This document shows positions 1 to 11,063 of a stretch of DNA of 64,000 nucleotides, piece after piece. Within the stretch, counting starts at the first letter, position 1. Every line of letters begins with the position of its first letter. Source of the DNA: an uncultured Methanoregulaceae archaeon (GTDB lineage: Archaea > Halobacteriota > Methanomicrobia > Methanomicrobiales > Methanospirillaceae); contig OY970343.1 in the NCBI GenBank assembly GCA_963717525.1, positions 1,472,001-1,536,000 on the forward strand. The letters run 5' to 3'. Made by a program: the position numbers and the translations under genes. Under the pieces are notes generated by a model, which was not told the origin of the DNA, did not search any database, and saw only the letters and a list, made by a program, of their open reading frames with translations.

Positions 1-1207
1 TTCCGGAAGTGCTGCAGCAGATGAGAACGTCGCGGTGGAGGTTCTTACGACCCCCGGCGGACTCGGACAGATCCCCGGGTTCAGGAGTAATGTGGAGGGT
101 CTCGCAGGAAGCACGGCTTCAGGAAGCTTCTGGTACGACCTGCCCTACTATGTTGCGTGGTTCCTCTTATACCTGGGAATGGCGGCAGTGATCCTCACTC
201 CGTTTGTCCTTCTCTTTATCTACCAGCGGTACGGGCGGGAGAAGACCTTTGTCGTCCCTGCATACCTCAGCACCATCCCGGACCCGTCGAAGAAACCCTG
301 GCAGGTGAACCTGCTCTTCAAGGGCGATGCAATGGAGTTTGACAAGGACGGCTTTTATGCCACCCTGCTGGACCTGCACCGGAGAAAAATTATCGCGATC
401 ACGGAGAAGGGGGATGGAAAAAGCATCGAAATCCGGAAACTTTCGGCCGCAACCACGGATCCGTACGAGCTGCGGGTGTTGGCCTTTATCGACCAGCTTT
501 CCGAGAATGGCGTCCTCGATACGGCAAAATTCGGGGAACTGACAGCACAAGCACAGTCAGGGTATGCGTCACAAGAAAAGGCGCTGAGATTCCAGGCAAA
601 TCTTGCGGATATTACCAGCCGGGCCGATGCCGCCCTTCCCTTCCGGTATGTCGTGGACGGAAGGGATCATATCCTGCCGCTGCTTTTTACCGGCGTCGTG
701 GCGTTCGGGATCACGGTTATCATCGCGCTCGTGGCATCCATGCAGTCTTCCATCCTCTACCCGGCGGTCGTGCTCTGGGGTATCGTGGCCGTACAGGCAT
801 TTCTTGCATTCTCAACGCCCCCCGCCCTTTTCGGGCACTGGACCGATGATCACTACAAGGAAAAACTCGAATGGGATTCTTTTGCCCATTTCCTCTCGGA
901 TATGGCGATGATACAGAAATATGCCCCCTCCGATCTCTCCATGTGGGGTGACTGGCTGGTGTATGGCACGGCCCTTGGTGTCGGTGAAAAAGTTGAAAAT
1001 GCAATGAAGTCGCTCAATATCCACATCGCAGAGACCGGAGTCCCGATTGGCGTAGTCGGCATGAGCTACGCATTTATCCCGATTATGATGTTCACCCCGA
1101 TGCCCCGTGGCGGCGGTTTTGGCGGCGGGCGCGGGGGAGGCGGCTTCGGTGGTGGTGGATTCGGCGGTGGCGGCGGTTTTGGCGGCGGTGGCGCTCACGG
1201 CAGGTAA
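1..1207 (+). CDS. DUF2207-like membrane protein, 5' end outside window
   Basis: Several TM segments, 'W..WLVYGTALGV' motif and Gly-rich GGGFGGG tail typical of DUF2207. Confidence 0.8.
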   Translation, partial: SGSAAADENVAVEVLTTPGGLGQIPGFRSNVEGLAGSTASGSFWYDLPYYVAWFLLYLGMAAVILTPFVLLFIYQRYGREKTFVVPAYLSTIPDPSKKPWQVNLLFKGDAMEFDKDGFYATLLDLHRRKIIAITEKGDGKSIEIRKLSAATTDPYELRVLAFIDQLSENGVLDTAKFGELTAQAQSGYASQEKALRFQANLADITSRADAALPFRYVVDGRDHILPLLFTGVVAFGITVIIALVASMQSSILYPAVVLWGIVAVQAFLAFSTPPALFGHWTDDHYKEKLEWDSFAHFLSDMAMIQKYAPSDLSMWGDWLVYGTALGVGEKVENAMKSLNIHIAETGVPIGVVGMSYAFIPIMMFTPMPRGGGFGGGRGGGGFGGGGFGGGGGFGGGGAHGR

Positions 1208-1448
1208 AACCCCGGGTCACTGCGGCGATCAACCGTGCCCGGAAAAATGATGAATCGAAAGACAAAAACCACCCTGTCCGGTTAATGGGATGGGGGATAT
1301 CCCGTTCTTTTTAATTGGGGTAAGGCACTCTATCAGCGCCGTTTTTCCCTGCTGTAATCCAGATGTCATTATCCGGGAGAAAATCTGCCGACCCCCGCCC
1401 CACTCCGTTTCCTCTATTAACCCGGACGCAGATCACTTTGGTATATCA

Positions 1449-2890
1449 ATGGACCTCCGAGCGCTGATCCCGAAGGACGCCCAGGCATTCAGGACCAAGA
1501 CCATCGACAAGCTCATGGAATGCACCGGTGGCGAGCATGCGCTCAGAAGAGTGCTCTCTCCGCTCGACCTCACGCTCATGGGTATCGGTGCCATCATCGG
1601 CACCGGCATCTTCGTCATCACCGGTGTTGTCGCAGCCAACTATTCCGGGCCGGCGCTTGTGGTCTCATTTGGGATCGCCGGCATCGTCTGCGCTTTTGCC
1701 GCCCTCGCGTACGCGGAGTTTGCTGCGATGGTACCTGTTGCCGGGAGTGCGTACACGTACAGCTACGCGTCGCTTGGCGAGATCTGGGCCTGGATCATCG
1801 GATGGGACCTGATCCTCGAATATGCCGTCTCCATTGCGGCGGTCGCGGTCGGATGGTCGGGATATGTCACAAGCCTCGCCGCGGGTGCCGGGATCACGCT
1901 TACCCGCTGCATTGGTCAACCCGCCCGGGACAAGCGGGGGACTGGTCAATATCCCGGCGATGGTGATCATCCTGCTGGTCACCGTCCTGCTCATTATCGG
2001 TGTGCGGGAAAGTGCCCGGGTCAATACGGTGATCGTCGCAATAAAACTTGGCGTGATCCTTCTCTTCCTGTACCTGGCCTTCGGCCATATCCAGCCTGCC
2101 AACTGGGTACCCTTCATGCCATTTGGCTGGAGCGGGGTCATCACCGGGGCCGCAATCGTCTTTTTTGCCTACATCGGTTTCGATGCAGTCTCGACTGCCG
2201 CTGAGGAGGTTAAAAACCCAAAAAGAGATGTGCCCATCGGGATTCTCTCATCACTTGCCATCGCGACCGTCCTTTACATCGCGGTCTCCGCAGTCCTCAC
2301 CGGGATCGTACCCTACTCGCTCTTTGCCGGGACAAGCGCCCCGGTCGCTTTCGCCCTTGAACAGATCGGGATCTCGTGGGGATCCGCGCTCATCTCGGTC
2401 GGGGCAATCTGCGGGATCACCTCGGTTATCATCGTCCTCCTGTATGGGCAGACCCGTATTTTCTATGCCATGTCACGCGACGGCCTGCTCCCCGGCCTCT
2501 TCCGGCAGATCCATCCCGTGTACCGGACCCCGGTCAAGGTCACCATCCTTGTTGGAACCGTCACTGCCATCCTCGCCGGATTTCTCCCGCTCACCACTAT
2601 CGCCGAGCTTGTCAACATAGGGACACTGGCCGCATTCATTATCGTTTCGCTGGGCGTGATCGTGCTCCGTTACACGCAACCATCGCTGCCCCGGCCCTTT
2701 CCGGTGCCCTCTTGTCCCCCTTGTCCCAATCCTCTGCATCCTCTCCTGCGGGCTCCTGATCCTCGCGCTCCCGCTGGTGACCCACCTGCGCTTTGTACTC
2801 TGGCTTGCTGTCGGCCTTGTAATCTATATCCTCTACAGCCGGCACCACAGCAGGATCAACGAGGATACGAGCGCAGTCGAATGCTGGAAA
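1449..2890 (+). CDS. APC-family amino acid permease (frameshifted near 1900 and 2700; 3' end approximate)
   Basis: GIGAIIGTGIF, AGSAYTY and FFAYIGFDAVSTAAEE motifs split over ORFs 1290..2204 and 1822..3393. Confidence 0.88.
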
Positions 2891-2937
2891 GGATAAGCAC
2901 TCAGGAAACATCCCCGGTGCCGCAGCGCAAAAAAGGG

Positions 2938-3510
2938 TTATTTCCTGAGTTTCTTCATGACCCATGCCATGTTCTCGCCCAGCACCTTCATGGTGTTGAG
3001 CCCTTCATCGTCGTTTTCCACATCACCCGGTGCAAGCCCGATCCCCACGTTCCAGTAGCACGAGCCCGGGACCACCATCTGGTTGATGAAGAAGAAATGG
3101 TTGATCGTATCAAACGTGTGGATCGCACCACCACGACGCACAGCCACCACTGCTGCCCCGACCTTGCGCCGGAACATACTGTCATTACCCATGGCAACAA
3201 AACCCGATCGGTCGATCAGGGCTTTCATTTCAGCACTCACATCAGAGAAATAGGTCGGCGAGGCAAGGATGATCCCGTCCGCCTCGTCCATCTTTGCGAT
3301 ACACTCGTTTGCAAAATCATCGATCACGCAGCGGCGGTCCTGATTCTCCCTGCATTTCATGCACGCAGTGCACCCGTGCACCTTCTTTCCTGAGAGTTGC
3401 ACAAGCTCGGTCCTGATTCCCGCTTTTTCGAGTTCCGTAAACAGTGCCCGTACAAGGATCGCAGTATTCCCGTCCTTGCGTGCACTTCCGTTGAATGCGA
3501 CGACTTTCAT
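2938..3510 (-). CDS. Iron-sulfur flavoprotein / NADPH-dependent FMN reductase family
   Basis: NGSARKDGNT FMN-binding loop, CxxCxxC-x7-C, ASPTYF. Confidence 0.9.
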   Translation of the reverse strand: MKVVAFNGSARKDGNTAILVRALFTELEKAGIRTELVQLSGKKVHGCTACMKCRENQDRRCVIDDFANECIAKMDEADGIILASPTYFSDVSAEMKALIDRSGFVAMGNDSMFRRKVGAAVVAVRRGGAIHTFDTINHFFFINQMVVPGSCYWNVGIGLAPGDVENDDEGLNTMKVLGENMAWVMKKLRK

Positions 3511-3703
3511 GGTCTTTTTCTCCGGTAATAAAACCCTATGGCATCGCTATGTACATAATCATATCAGTATCCCGGGGGATATCGGAACCAAGGACATATC
3601 CAGAGGGACCGGATTACGGTGCAGGGAGGCGAAGAAGGTTGCCGTTCTCCCGCAGCTGCTGGGGCACCATCTTAAGAGCCCGCGCGCCAAATAGTCGTGC
3701 GAT

Positions 3704-5302
3704 ATGAATTCAAGGTTGCAGTTTTCCGATCTCTCACTCTCAAAAGAGATCGCGAAAGCCATAGAAACTATGGGCTTTGAAGAGCCCACCCCCATCCAGG
3801 CACTCGCCATTCCCCTCATCCAGGCCGGCCGTGACGTGACCGCACAGGCACAGACCGGTACCGGAAAGACTTCTGCGTTTGGCATCCCCGTCATAGAAAA
3901 TATCGATGCGTCCCAACGGGTCGTACAGGCCATCGTCCTGTGCCCGACCCGGGAACTCGCCATCCAGATTGCCGAGGAGTTTTCCCACCTTCTCGCCCAC
4001 CTCCCGAAAATTTCCGTCCTTCCGGTCTATGGCGGCCAGCCCATAGAACGCCAGCTCAAGGCCCTTGCACACGGTGTCCACATCGTGATAGGCACTCCCG
4101 GGCGTGTGATGGACCACCTCAAGCGCCGGACCCTCTCGCTCGATAATGTTTCCATTGTAGTGCTTGATGAAGCGGACCAGATGCTTGACATGGGATTCCG
4201 GGACGACATTGAGCGTATCTTAAAACGCGTCCCCCAGAAGAGGCAGACACTCCTTTTCTCTGCGACGATGCCCCAGCCCATCATCGAGATTTCAAAGCGA
4301 TTCCAGAACAGGCCTGAGTTTGTCCGGGTCGAGTACCAGGAACTTACCGTTCCTGCCATCGAGCAATCGTATATCGAAGTCAGGGACCGGGACAAGCTCG
4401 AATCTCTCTGCCGGGTGATCGATGTCGTTGACCCGCAGCTTGCCATCATCTTCTGCAACACGAAGAGGGGCGCGGAAGACCTTGCCGGCCGTGTCCGGGC
4501 ACGGGGCTACCGTGCTGAGGAACTCCATGGAGACCTGAAACAGTCCCAGCGCGACCGGGTCATGAATAGTTTCCGGAAAGGCACCATCGACATCCTGATC
4601 GCAACTGATGTTGCAGCCCGTGGAATAGATGTGGAGGATGTGGACATTGTGATCAATTACGATGTTCCCCAGGATGTAGAATACTACGTGCACCGTATCG
4701 GCCGGACGGGAAGGGCAGGGAAAAGTGGCCGGGCGATCACCCTTGTCACCCCCCGGGATCTCACCAAGATCCGCGAGATCCAGAAATATATAAAAGTCCA
4801 GATCCCAAGAAAACCCCTGCCAACGGCTACCGATGTGGTCGAGTCAAAAACAAAGACAATACTCGAGGAGGTACGCGAGATCATACAAAAGGGCGGCATC
4901 GAGCCGTATGCCCGTATGGTCGAGCAGGAGAGCGAAGGGGATCTCACCATGCTTGAGATCGCCGCCGCACTCCTGAAAATGCGCATGGAGCAGGGCGCAG
5001 ACTCCCACAAAGAGCGTGCAGCCCCGACAGACTTTGGCGACACCGGGGCTGAGGCCGGGATGGTGAGGTTCTTTTTGGGCCTTGGCCGCGATCACAATGT
5101 CGCTCCCAAGGATATTGTAGGCGCTATCGCCGGTGAGACCGGTATCCCCGGTAAATCCATCGGGGCGATACGAATCCTCGACACCTACTCTTTTGTCGAG
5201 GTCCCCCGCGATTGCGCAGAAGAAGTCTACACGATCATGAAGGAGCGCACGATCCGGGGCCAGCCAACGGGAATCGAACCGGCGCAGGGCAGGCGCGAAT
5301 AA
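3704..5302 (+). CDS. deaD: DEAD-box RNA helicase with C-terminal DbpA RNA-binding domain
   Basis: AQTGTGKT, PTRELA, DEAD, SAT, ARGID and HRIGRTGRAG motifs. Confidence 0.93.
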   Translation: MNSRLQFSDLSLSKEIAKAIETMGFEEPTPIQALAIPLIQAGRDVTAQAQTGTGKTSAFGIPVIENIDASQRVVQAIVLCPTRELAIQIAEEFSHLLAHLPKISVLPVYGGQPIERQLKALAHGVHIVIGTPGRVMDHLKRRTLSLDNVSIVVLDEADQMLDMGFRDDIERILKRVPQKRQTLLFSATMPQPIIEISKRFQNRPEFVRVEYQELTVPAIEQSYIEVRDRDKLESLCRVIDVVDPQLAIIFCNTKRGAEDLAGRVRARGYRAEELHGDLKQSQRDRVMNSFRKGTIDILIATDVAARGIDVEDVDIVINYDVPQDVEYYVHRIGRTGRAGKSGRAITLVTPRDLTKIREIQKYIKVQIPRKPLPTATDVVESKTKTILEEVREIIQKGGIEPYARMVEQESEGDLTMLEIAAALLKMRMEQGADSHKERAAPTDFGDTGAEAGMVRFFLGLGRDHNVAPKDIVGAIAGETGIPGKSIGAIRILDTYSFVEVPRDCAEEVYTIMKERTIRGQPTGIEPAQGRRE

Positions 5303-5353
5303 GGACGCCTGCTACACGCAATCCTCAATATCTCGCAGGTCGAATTAAACTGC

Positions 5354-5848
5354 ATGAATTTGAAAATCATCTTTGGCGGAATTGCATTCCTGATGCTTCT
5401 GCTTCTCATCGCTGGCTGTACACAAAACGCAGCCCTTCAGGCAACCCCGGTTCCCACGACCGAACCCACCACAGTTCCCGTTACCATTGCCACTGCTGTA
5501 CCGACCACGTTTGTACCCGCTACACCGGGCCCCACCGACACAATACAAAGCAACTGGGCGGTCAGTGTTCAGGTACAGAGCAACGGACAGTCTGTCAACC
5601 CGCAGGTAATTTACACATTCAATGGAGGTATGGGCCAGATTTTAATCCCTGAAATCGATGTCATGCTCACCCGTTCCGATGGGACGGTAGAGACCGGCAA
5701 TATGACGCAGCCCCTCTCCGTAGGTCAGACGGTCAGTCTCCCGGGAACGACCGGCAATAACGACCGGGCAGAAGTCTGGGTAATAACTCCCCAGGGAGAC
5801 AGGGTCAAGATCGTTGACAAGTATGTTCCATTCCGCTCTTACAACTAA
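5354..5848 (+). CDS. Putative lipoprotein with Thr/Pro-rich linker
   Basis: Signal peptide ending LIAGC, T/P-rich segment, then a beta-rich domain. Confidence 0.75.
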   Translation: MNLKIIFGGIAFLMLLLLIAGCTQNAALQATPVPTTEPTTVPVTIATAVPTTFVPATPGPTDTIQSNWAVSVQVQSNGQSVNPQVIYTFNGGMGQILIPEIDVMLTRSDGTVETGNMTQPLSVGQTVSLPGTTGNNDRAEVWVITPQGDRVKIVDKYVPFRSYN

Positions 5849-6096
5849 TCTTTTTTTATCCCCGTATATCCAGTAACCAGACGCCAGAACCACCGGGCTT
5901 GGTAGGTCAATCTATCGGTATGTCTTCCCTGAAGGATTACTTTGGAGATCCACAATCCCCTTCATGCCCTTTATGCTCCGCGTGGTAACAGGTTATGCTG
6001 CCTGTCTGACCTGATCGAAAATGGAATATCTTTTTTCCGGTGGACATCGGCCTTTCTTAAACCCCTGATCTGCGCGGGTCCTTCACCAGACTCATC

Positions 6097-6555
6097 TTAT
6101 TGGTCATCCTCAAGGTGAAGGGTCTGCCATTCAACCGCCTTTTCCTCCACGGCTTTTTTTATCACCCGCTGTGTCCGGGAAAGAGTAGCACTGCCGTGCT
6201 TCACATCCATGAAAACGATCCTGATACTTGACCCCTTTTCATCGGCAACTGATGAAAGGCCATCGAAAATGATGTAATCGACCGGGGACCCGATGAAACG
6301 TGCATCGGCAGGAAGATACCCAAACGAGGGCAGCAGGGGTGCCATCTGTTCCGCGATCTTCCCTTTCAGGGTCGAGCGGGAGCGGTTGACCGAGTCTTTC
6401 CGGATCTCTGCTGCAGATTCCGCTTTCCATCGCTCAAGGTCCGCCTTGTAACGCTGCTCGATGGCGTTAATCTGCGCTTTTACAAAGAGCCAGCCAAGCA
6501 AAAACCCGGCGACCAGCGCTATGATAATATAACCGAGGATATCTTCAAACGCCAT
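6097..6555 (-). CDS. Membrane-anchored Holliday-junction-resolvase-like PD-(D/E)xK nuclease (Endonuc_Holl type)
   Basis: N-terminal TM helix; EQMAP, RFIGSPVDYIIFDG and DVKHG motifs. Confidence 0.8.
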   Translation of the reverse strand: MAFEDILGYIIIALVAGFLLGWLFVKAQINAIEQRYKADLERWKAESAAEIRKDSVNRSRSTLKGKIAEQMAPLLPSFGYLPADARFIGSPVDYIIFDGLSSVADEKGSSIRIVFMDVKHGSATLSRTQRVIKKAVEEKAVEWQTLHLEDDQ

Positions 6556-6902
6556 AATGAATGGTGCGGTGCCGGCCTTTTATGCAGATGGGTGGGCGGG
6601 GTGAAAATAACCGCTGCATTACCAGGTGATGCTCCCCGTTTCCTCATGCATTGAACCCTGCCTTGTAGCAGATTCCGATTCAGATACACTGACCAGGCAC
6701 CGTTTGCAAACCTACAGTCTGCGATACCCCCGGATGCTGTCCGAAGCCGGCCCTGTCATCTCCGGAATGACACCATAAAATACAGAAATCTATCACTCTC
6801 TTCCGCGTGCCGGTTTTGCATCTCTGTTTTTAAGGATATCTGCAGATATGCATGAACCACAATTCTTTTTTCCCGCATGGTAGACTTAGTGAATGTATAG
6901 CT

Positions 6903-7367
6903 ATGCAGAAAACCCAAGCCCGAAAATACCAGGTAGTTGAGGAAGCAGAGATTGATCTCGTCCTCAAGTGCAGGGACAGCCACGAATTTTACGATCAGTA
7001 CCTCAAAGTATTCCCGGATACAAAAAAAGGCCTCGACAGTATCAGCAAGATATGGAAACGCCGGAGCGAATTTGCCAAAAAACGGCCGCAGATTCTTCCG
7101 CAGGCAGAACACGGGACGGCTAATTCCCGGGAGATCCAGGTACTGATCGCCGAGCAGACGAAGATTATGAGTGATATGGCAGCGCTCACCAAGGAGAACC
7201 TTGAAGTGAGCAGGCAGATCCTTTCGGCGATCGCTCACCAGAACAGGATCCTGACCGGGCATCATGAGGAAAAACCAAAAGATCCCACGCATGCCGCCCC
7301 ACCCCCAAAACCACCGGTACAGAAAAAAGCTCCTGAGAAGCAGACACCCATTATGGTCGGTTCGTAA
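6903..7367 (+). CDS. Hypothetical protein with coiled-coil and Pro/Lys-rich tail
   Basis: Plausible ORF followed by a T-rich terminator-like tract. Confidence 0.6.
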   Translation: MQKTQARKYQVVEEAEIDLVLKCRDSHEFYDQYLKVFPDTKKGLDSISKIWKRRSEFAKKRPQILPQAEHGTANSREIQVLIAEQTKIMSDMAALTKENLEVSRQILSAIAHQNRILTGHHEEKPKDPTHAAPPPKPPVQKKAPEKQTPIMVGS

Positions 7368-7599
7368 AGTGCTACAATTTTTTGTGGGGGTTTTTTTGCT
7401 CCCGCGCATATCTTTTTTTATATGCAAAACTCAAACAAAATCCCACAATTTTGCCGTTTTTTGGGAAATTCGCTGTTTAAAGTCGGGTTAATTTATTCCC
7501 CTAGTCTCGGATTATCTTTTAAATTTTATAGTGGGAAAAGCCCTGGCTCCCTCAAAGAACCCTATTCATATATATAGATCCAGACAAAACTTTTTGTAT

Positions 7600-7956
7600 A
7601 TGCCACGAGGACGGCCAAAAGGTTCCAGAAACCTGAGTGCGTATGAACGCGGAAAAGTGAAACGAATACGCGAAATACTGTCCCAGAAAGGGATCAACGA
7701 TTTTGACCGGTTTCGGGATCAGCAGGTCCTCAATAATATCTATGTCAACACTGAGGGTGAAATTTTTGTGAAATACGGACTGGATAAAAATTTCACTACA
7801 GAAAAGGTCTCCCAGAACCGGAATGGCGAAAAGATCCTTGCAAAACTGGAAAAAAACATCGCTCTGTTGCGTACCGGTACTCTGAAGGATCAAACAAAAA
7901 TTTTTATCAGGAAAAATATTCAGGATTCAGGGAATATTTTATTTTTCCGGTACTGA
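7600..7956 (+). CDS. Small basic hypothetical protein with N-terminal AT-hook
   Basis: Begins MPRGRPKGSRN; TATA-like TATATA about 25 bp upstream. Confidence 0.6.
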   Translation: MPRGRPKGSRNLSAYERGKVKRIREILSQKGINDFDRFRDQQVLNNIYVNTEGEIFVKYGLDKNFTTEKVSQNRNGEKILAKLEKNIALLRTGTLKDQTKIFIRKNIQDSGNILFFRY

Positions 7957-8196
7957 ACATTTCCTGTCGCGCTGTTTTTGTACCAGTTCCAGATAACCAG
8001 CCAATTCTCTTTTGCTCCACGTCAGCGAACCGTAGCACGGAAAAGACGAAAGGTTCTTATGCGAAAACGAGAGGCCTCTCTCTTTAAGTTCCCGAGGGAA
8101 TAGGCTTCACTGGGATCGACATATCCGTCCTCCGTCAGCACAGAAGAATTGCATAAAAACAATATCCCGTGCCGCCCTACCCATGCGTACATACCG

Positions 8197-9012
8197 GTGG
8201 TTATCGTTTCCCTCATCCCTATACCCTACCGTATTGCTGCCCTCACGGCAGAAAAAAACGCCCTCTTTGAGTACCCTTTAGAACGTCTTGCCGGTGTGAT
8301 CCGGGACGTCGGGTTCCGGTGCACTGCCTGCGCGAAGTGCTGCACCCGGACATTCAACGGCCATGTCTTTCTGCTCGACCGGGACGTAACTGCGGTTCGG
8401 GCTATCGATTCCCATGCGCTCGAGCCGGCCCCGGATCCCGAGTTCTGCGACCAGAACGGCACATTCTATGTCTCCGGTTATGCACTCAGGGTGAGAGAAG
8501 ATCCCGAAGGGTCGTGCTGGTTCCTTGAAAATGGCAGGTGCAGGATCTATGACCGCAGGTTTGCCATCTGCCGGATCTACCCCTACATGCTCCACCGGGA
8601 GCCTGATGCACAGGGAAAGGTGGACTGGCGCCAGATCTCCGGTCTTGACAAGCATGGCGAATACGGGGCAGCGATCCCGGATGATGAATGCATCGCCCTT
8701 GCCCGAGAGACCCTGGAATATGAGCATGCATTCCTTGACCACCAGATCGGGTTTCTGGAATGCATGCAGGAATGGTTCACCCGTCACCGCCTCCGGCATG
8801 TTCAGAAGATCTACGATGAACATATGCGGCAATACAGGAAAGGGGCATCCATAACGGTCATGGTCTACACCGGCGGACATTTCGAAAAATGCCAGCTCTG
8901 CACCGGTTCAGTCACCACCGTAAACGTAAAGTCGGGCCGCAAGGACCGGGAAAATCCCACAAGAGGCGCCGGTCATGCATTTCACGCGGCCGGAAAGAAC
9001 ATTCCGTATTAA
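8197..9012 (+). CDS. YkgJ / CxxCxxCC cysteine-cluster protein
   Basis: FRCTACAKCC and CWFL-x4-CRIYDRRFAICRIYP motifs. Confidence 0.85.
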   Translation: MVIVSLIPIPYRIAALTAEKNALFEYPLERLAGVIRDVGFRCTACAKCCTRTFNGHVFLLDRDVTAVRAIDSHALEPAPDPEFCDQNGTFYVSGYALRVREDPEGSCWFLENGRCRIYDRRFAICRIYPYMLHREPDAQGKVDWRQISGLDKHGEYGAAIPDDECIALARETLEYEHAFLDHQIGFLECMQEWFTRHRLRHVQKIYDEHMRQYRKGASITVMVYTGGHFEKCQLCTGSVTTVNVKSGRKDRENPTRGAGHAFHAAGKNIPY

Positions 9013-9102
9013 ACGGCGCGCAGCACTCTCAACACCGGCAATGGTGCTGGCCTGACGACCGCAAGGGACACGAATCCGGTAAAATTCAAAAAAAAGAGGA
9101 GA

Positions 9103-9958
9103 TCAGATGTTACCCGGGCCAAACTGCTGCTGGCCTGAAGGGGCAAACGCACTCTCGATTACACCGGGAGGCATAATTCCCGGCGCCGAGCCGGTCTTTG
9201 CATACGTGTACAGCGCCACGGTGAAAATCCCCTGCATTGCCGATGCCAGGATCGCAAGGACGGCAATCAGCACGATAAAGAGCGCGAACGCGATGAAAAA
9301 GAGCGTTGTACTCCCGATAAATAGTGTGCCGAGCACCAGAAGCAGGCCGACAACCCCAATCGCGGCAAAAATGAGGGAGATCGAGATCGTACCGACAACG
9401 CTCTCGCCCCAGGTCTTTTTGAAGAGTTCCAGCGATTCCTTCATCGCTGAAAAGACACCTTTGTCCTCAAATGCCAGCACCGGCACGACAAACAGGGTAA
9501 CAAGACTCCAGACCCCACCGATAATCGAGGCGGCAATCTGGCCAAGGAACCCGGCCCGGTCCTCAATCATATGCAGGATCAGGCCGACAGTCGCTGCGAT
9601 GACCGCCCAGGCAAGGATGGAGCCAAGGTGGCTGGTTGCAGCGGCAAGTCCCTCTCTGACGGTCATGTCCTTCCCATTCATCTTTGCATAAACGCAGTCT
9701 GATCAGACCGACGTTAAAGAAGATCACGACAAAGTAGCTGATGAGGTAGAAGATGAAGAGGAAGACGATGCCGCCCACGGTATTTGTGGAGAAAGAAAAC
9801 CAGCCGTTCGAGAAGAATGCAATCGGTATGAAGGTTGCAATCACAAGCAGGGTGACAATACCGGAAATGATGGGGAATGCAAGGAGTTTTTTATCCTCCA
9901 TCAGGATCCGCCAGCTCGCTTTTACCAGCTGGAAACTACGAATAATCCTGTCTATCAT
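9103..9958 (-). CDS. Integral membrane protein (DUF6159-like), frameshift near 9700
   Basis: Two consecutive hydrophobic ORFs; 'FKKTWGES' motif. Confidence 0.7.
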
Positions 9959-10169
9959 GATTCCTGTATTTGCAGTCCTACGGCATGAATGTTTTTTTTT
10001 ACCTCATTGGCCGGCATTCAGGCTCACCGGCGTGAAAGGGATTTTTCATGAAACCGGCGCGACTTCCGGGGCATTCATCGCGCAGATCAGTAAGAAAGAA
10101 AAACTTCCCGATAAAACAGAAAACTTCGGATTTTTTGCCACTTTCCGGACTACCCCGGCCCGGAGCGTC

Positions 10170-11063
10170 TTACCTCCCGAACGTCTCCCTCACGAAGGTT
10201 CCGGCACGGGCAACCGCATCGCGGGCCTCAGGCACCTGTTTACCAAAGATCTGCCAGAGGTGAAACATACCCTCCCAGATCTCGAACCTCGCCTGCACCC
10301 CCGCCCATGTTGCCTTCTTTGCAAATGCAGAAATGTCGTCAAACATGAGTTCACCGGAGCCGGCCTGGATATAGAGCCGGGGGAGCCCGGACAGGTTTGC
10401 ATGGACCGGTGAAGCACGCGGATCGCCGGGATCGCTACCGGCGAGATACTGGGTGCGTATCGCGGCAAGCCGGGCCGCAGTAAGCCAGTCACTTGCCTGG
10501 TTTCTGGTCACCGAATCCCCGCCAAAAGAGAGGTCCACCATAGGGGACATGCAGATGGCTGCCGGGGGCATCAGGAGGTGCTGATCGCGCAGCGAAAGCA
10601 GCAGGTCAAGCACGAGAGTTCCCCCCGAAGACAGGCCGACAGGAATTATCCGGTGCGGCGGGCAGCCATGGCGGGCAAGGAAGCGATAGGCGGCAAGCGC
10701 ATCTTCTGCCTGTGCCGGGAAGGGATGCTCCGGCGCAAGCCGGTAATCGACCGAAAAGACCCGGGCCTGTGCAGCCCGTGCGAGCTCAGCGCAGAATCCC
10801 AGATGGTCAGCCGTTGATCCCACCGAGAAAAAACCGCCATGGAAAAAGAGGAGGGTCCGATCCGGCACTGCCCCGGGGACTGAACACCACACTCCCCGCA
10901 GGTCGTCCCGAATCGCTACCGGTTCTACGGCCGGTCGTTCATCCGACTGAAATTCTGTAAAAAATTCCGAGAACTCCTGCCGGGCTACACCAGCCGGCTT
11001 GTTGGCGTCAGGGACATAGGACTTGAGGATGTCCAGGAACTCCTGCGGTGTTTCACGGATCAT
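10170..11063 (-). CDS. HSL-family alpha/beta hydrolase (esterase)
   Basis: HGGFF, DYRLAPEHPFPA, GLSSGG nucleophile elbow, GMFH. Confidence 0.88.
   Translation of the reverse strand: MIRETPQEFLDILKSYVPDANKPAGVARQEFSEFFTEFQSDERPAVEPVAIRDDLRGVWCSVPGAVPDRTLLFFHGGFFSVGSTADHLGFCAELARAAQARVFSVDYRLAPEHPFPAQAEDALAAYRFLARHGCPPHRIIPVGLSSGGTLVLDLLLSLRDQHLLMPPAAICMSPMVDLSFGGDSVTRNQASDWLTAARLAAIRTQYLAGSDPGDPRASPVHANLSGLPRLYIQAGSGELMFDDISAFAKKATWAGVQARFEIWEGMFHLWQIFGKQVPEARDAVARAGTFVRETFGR

Noticed and set aside
1108..1200. GGC-rich repeat
   Set aside because: Encodes the normal Gly-rich tail of the DUF2207-like protein
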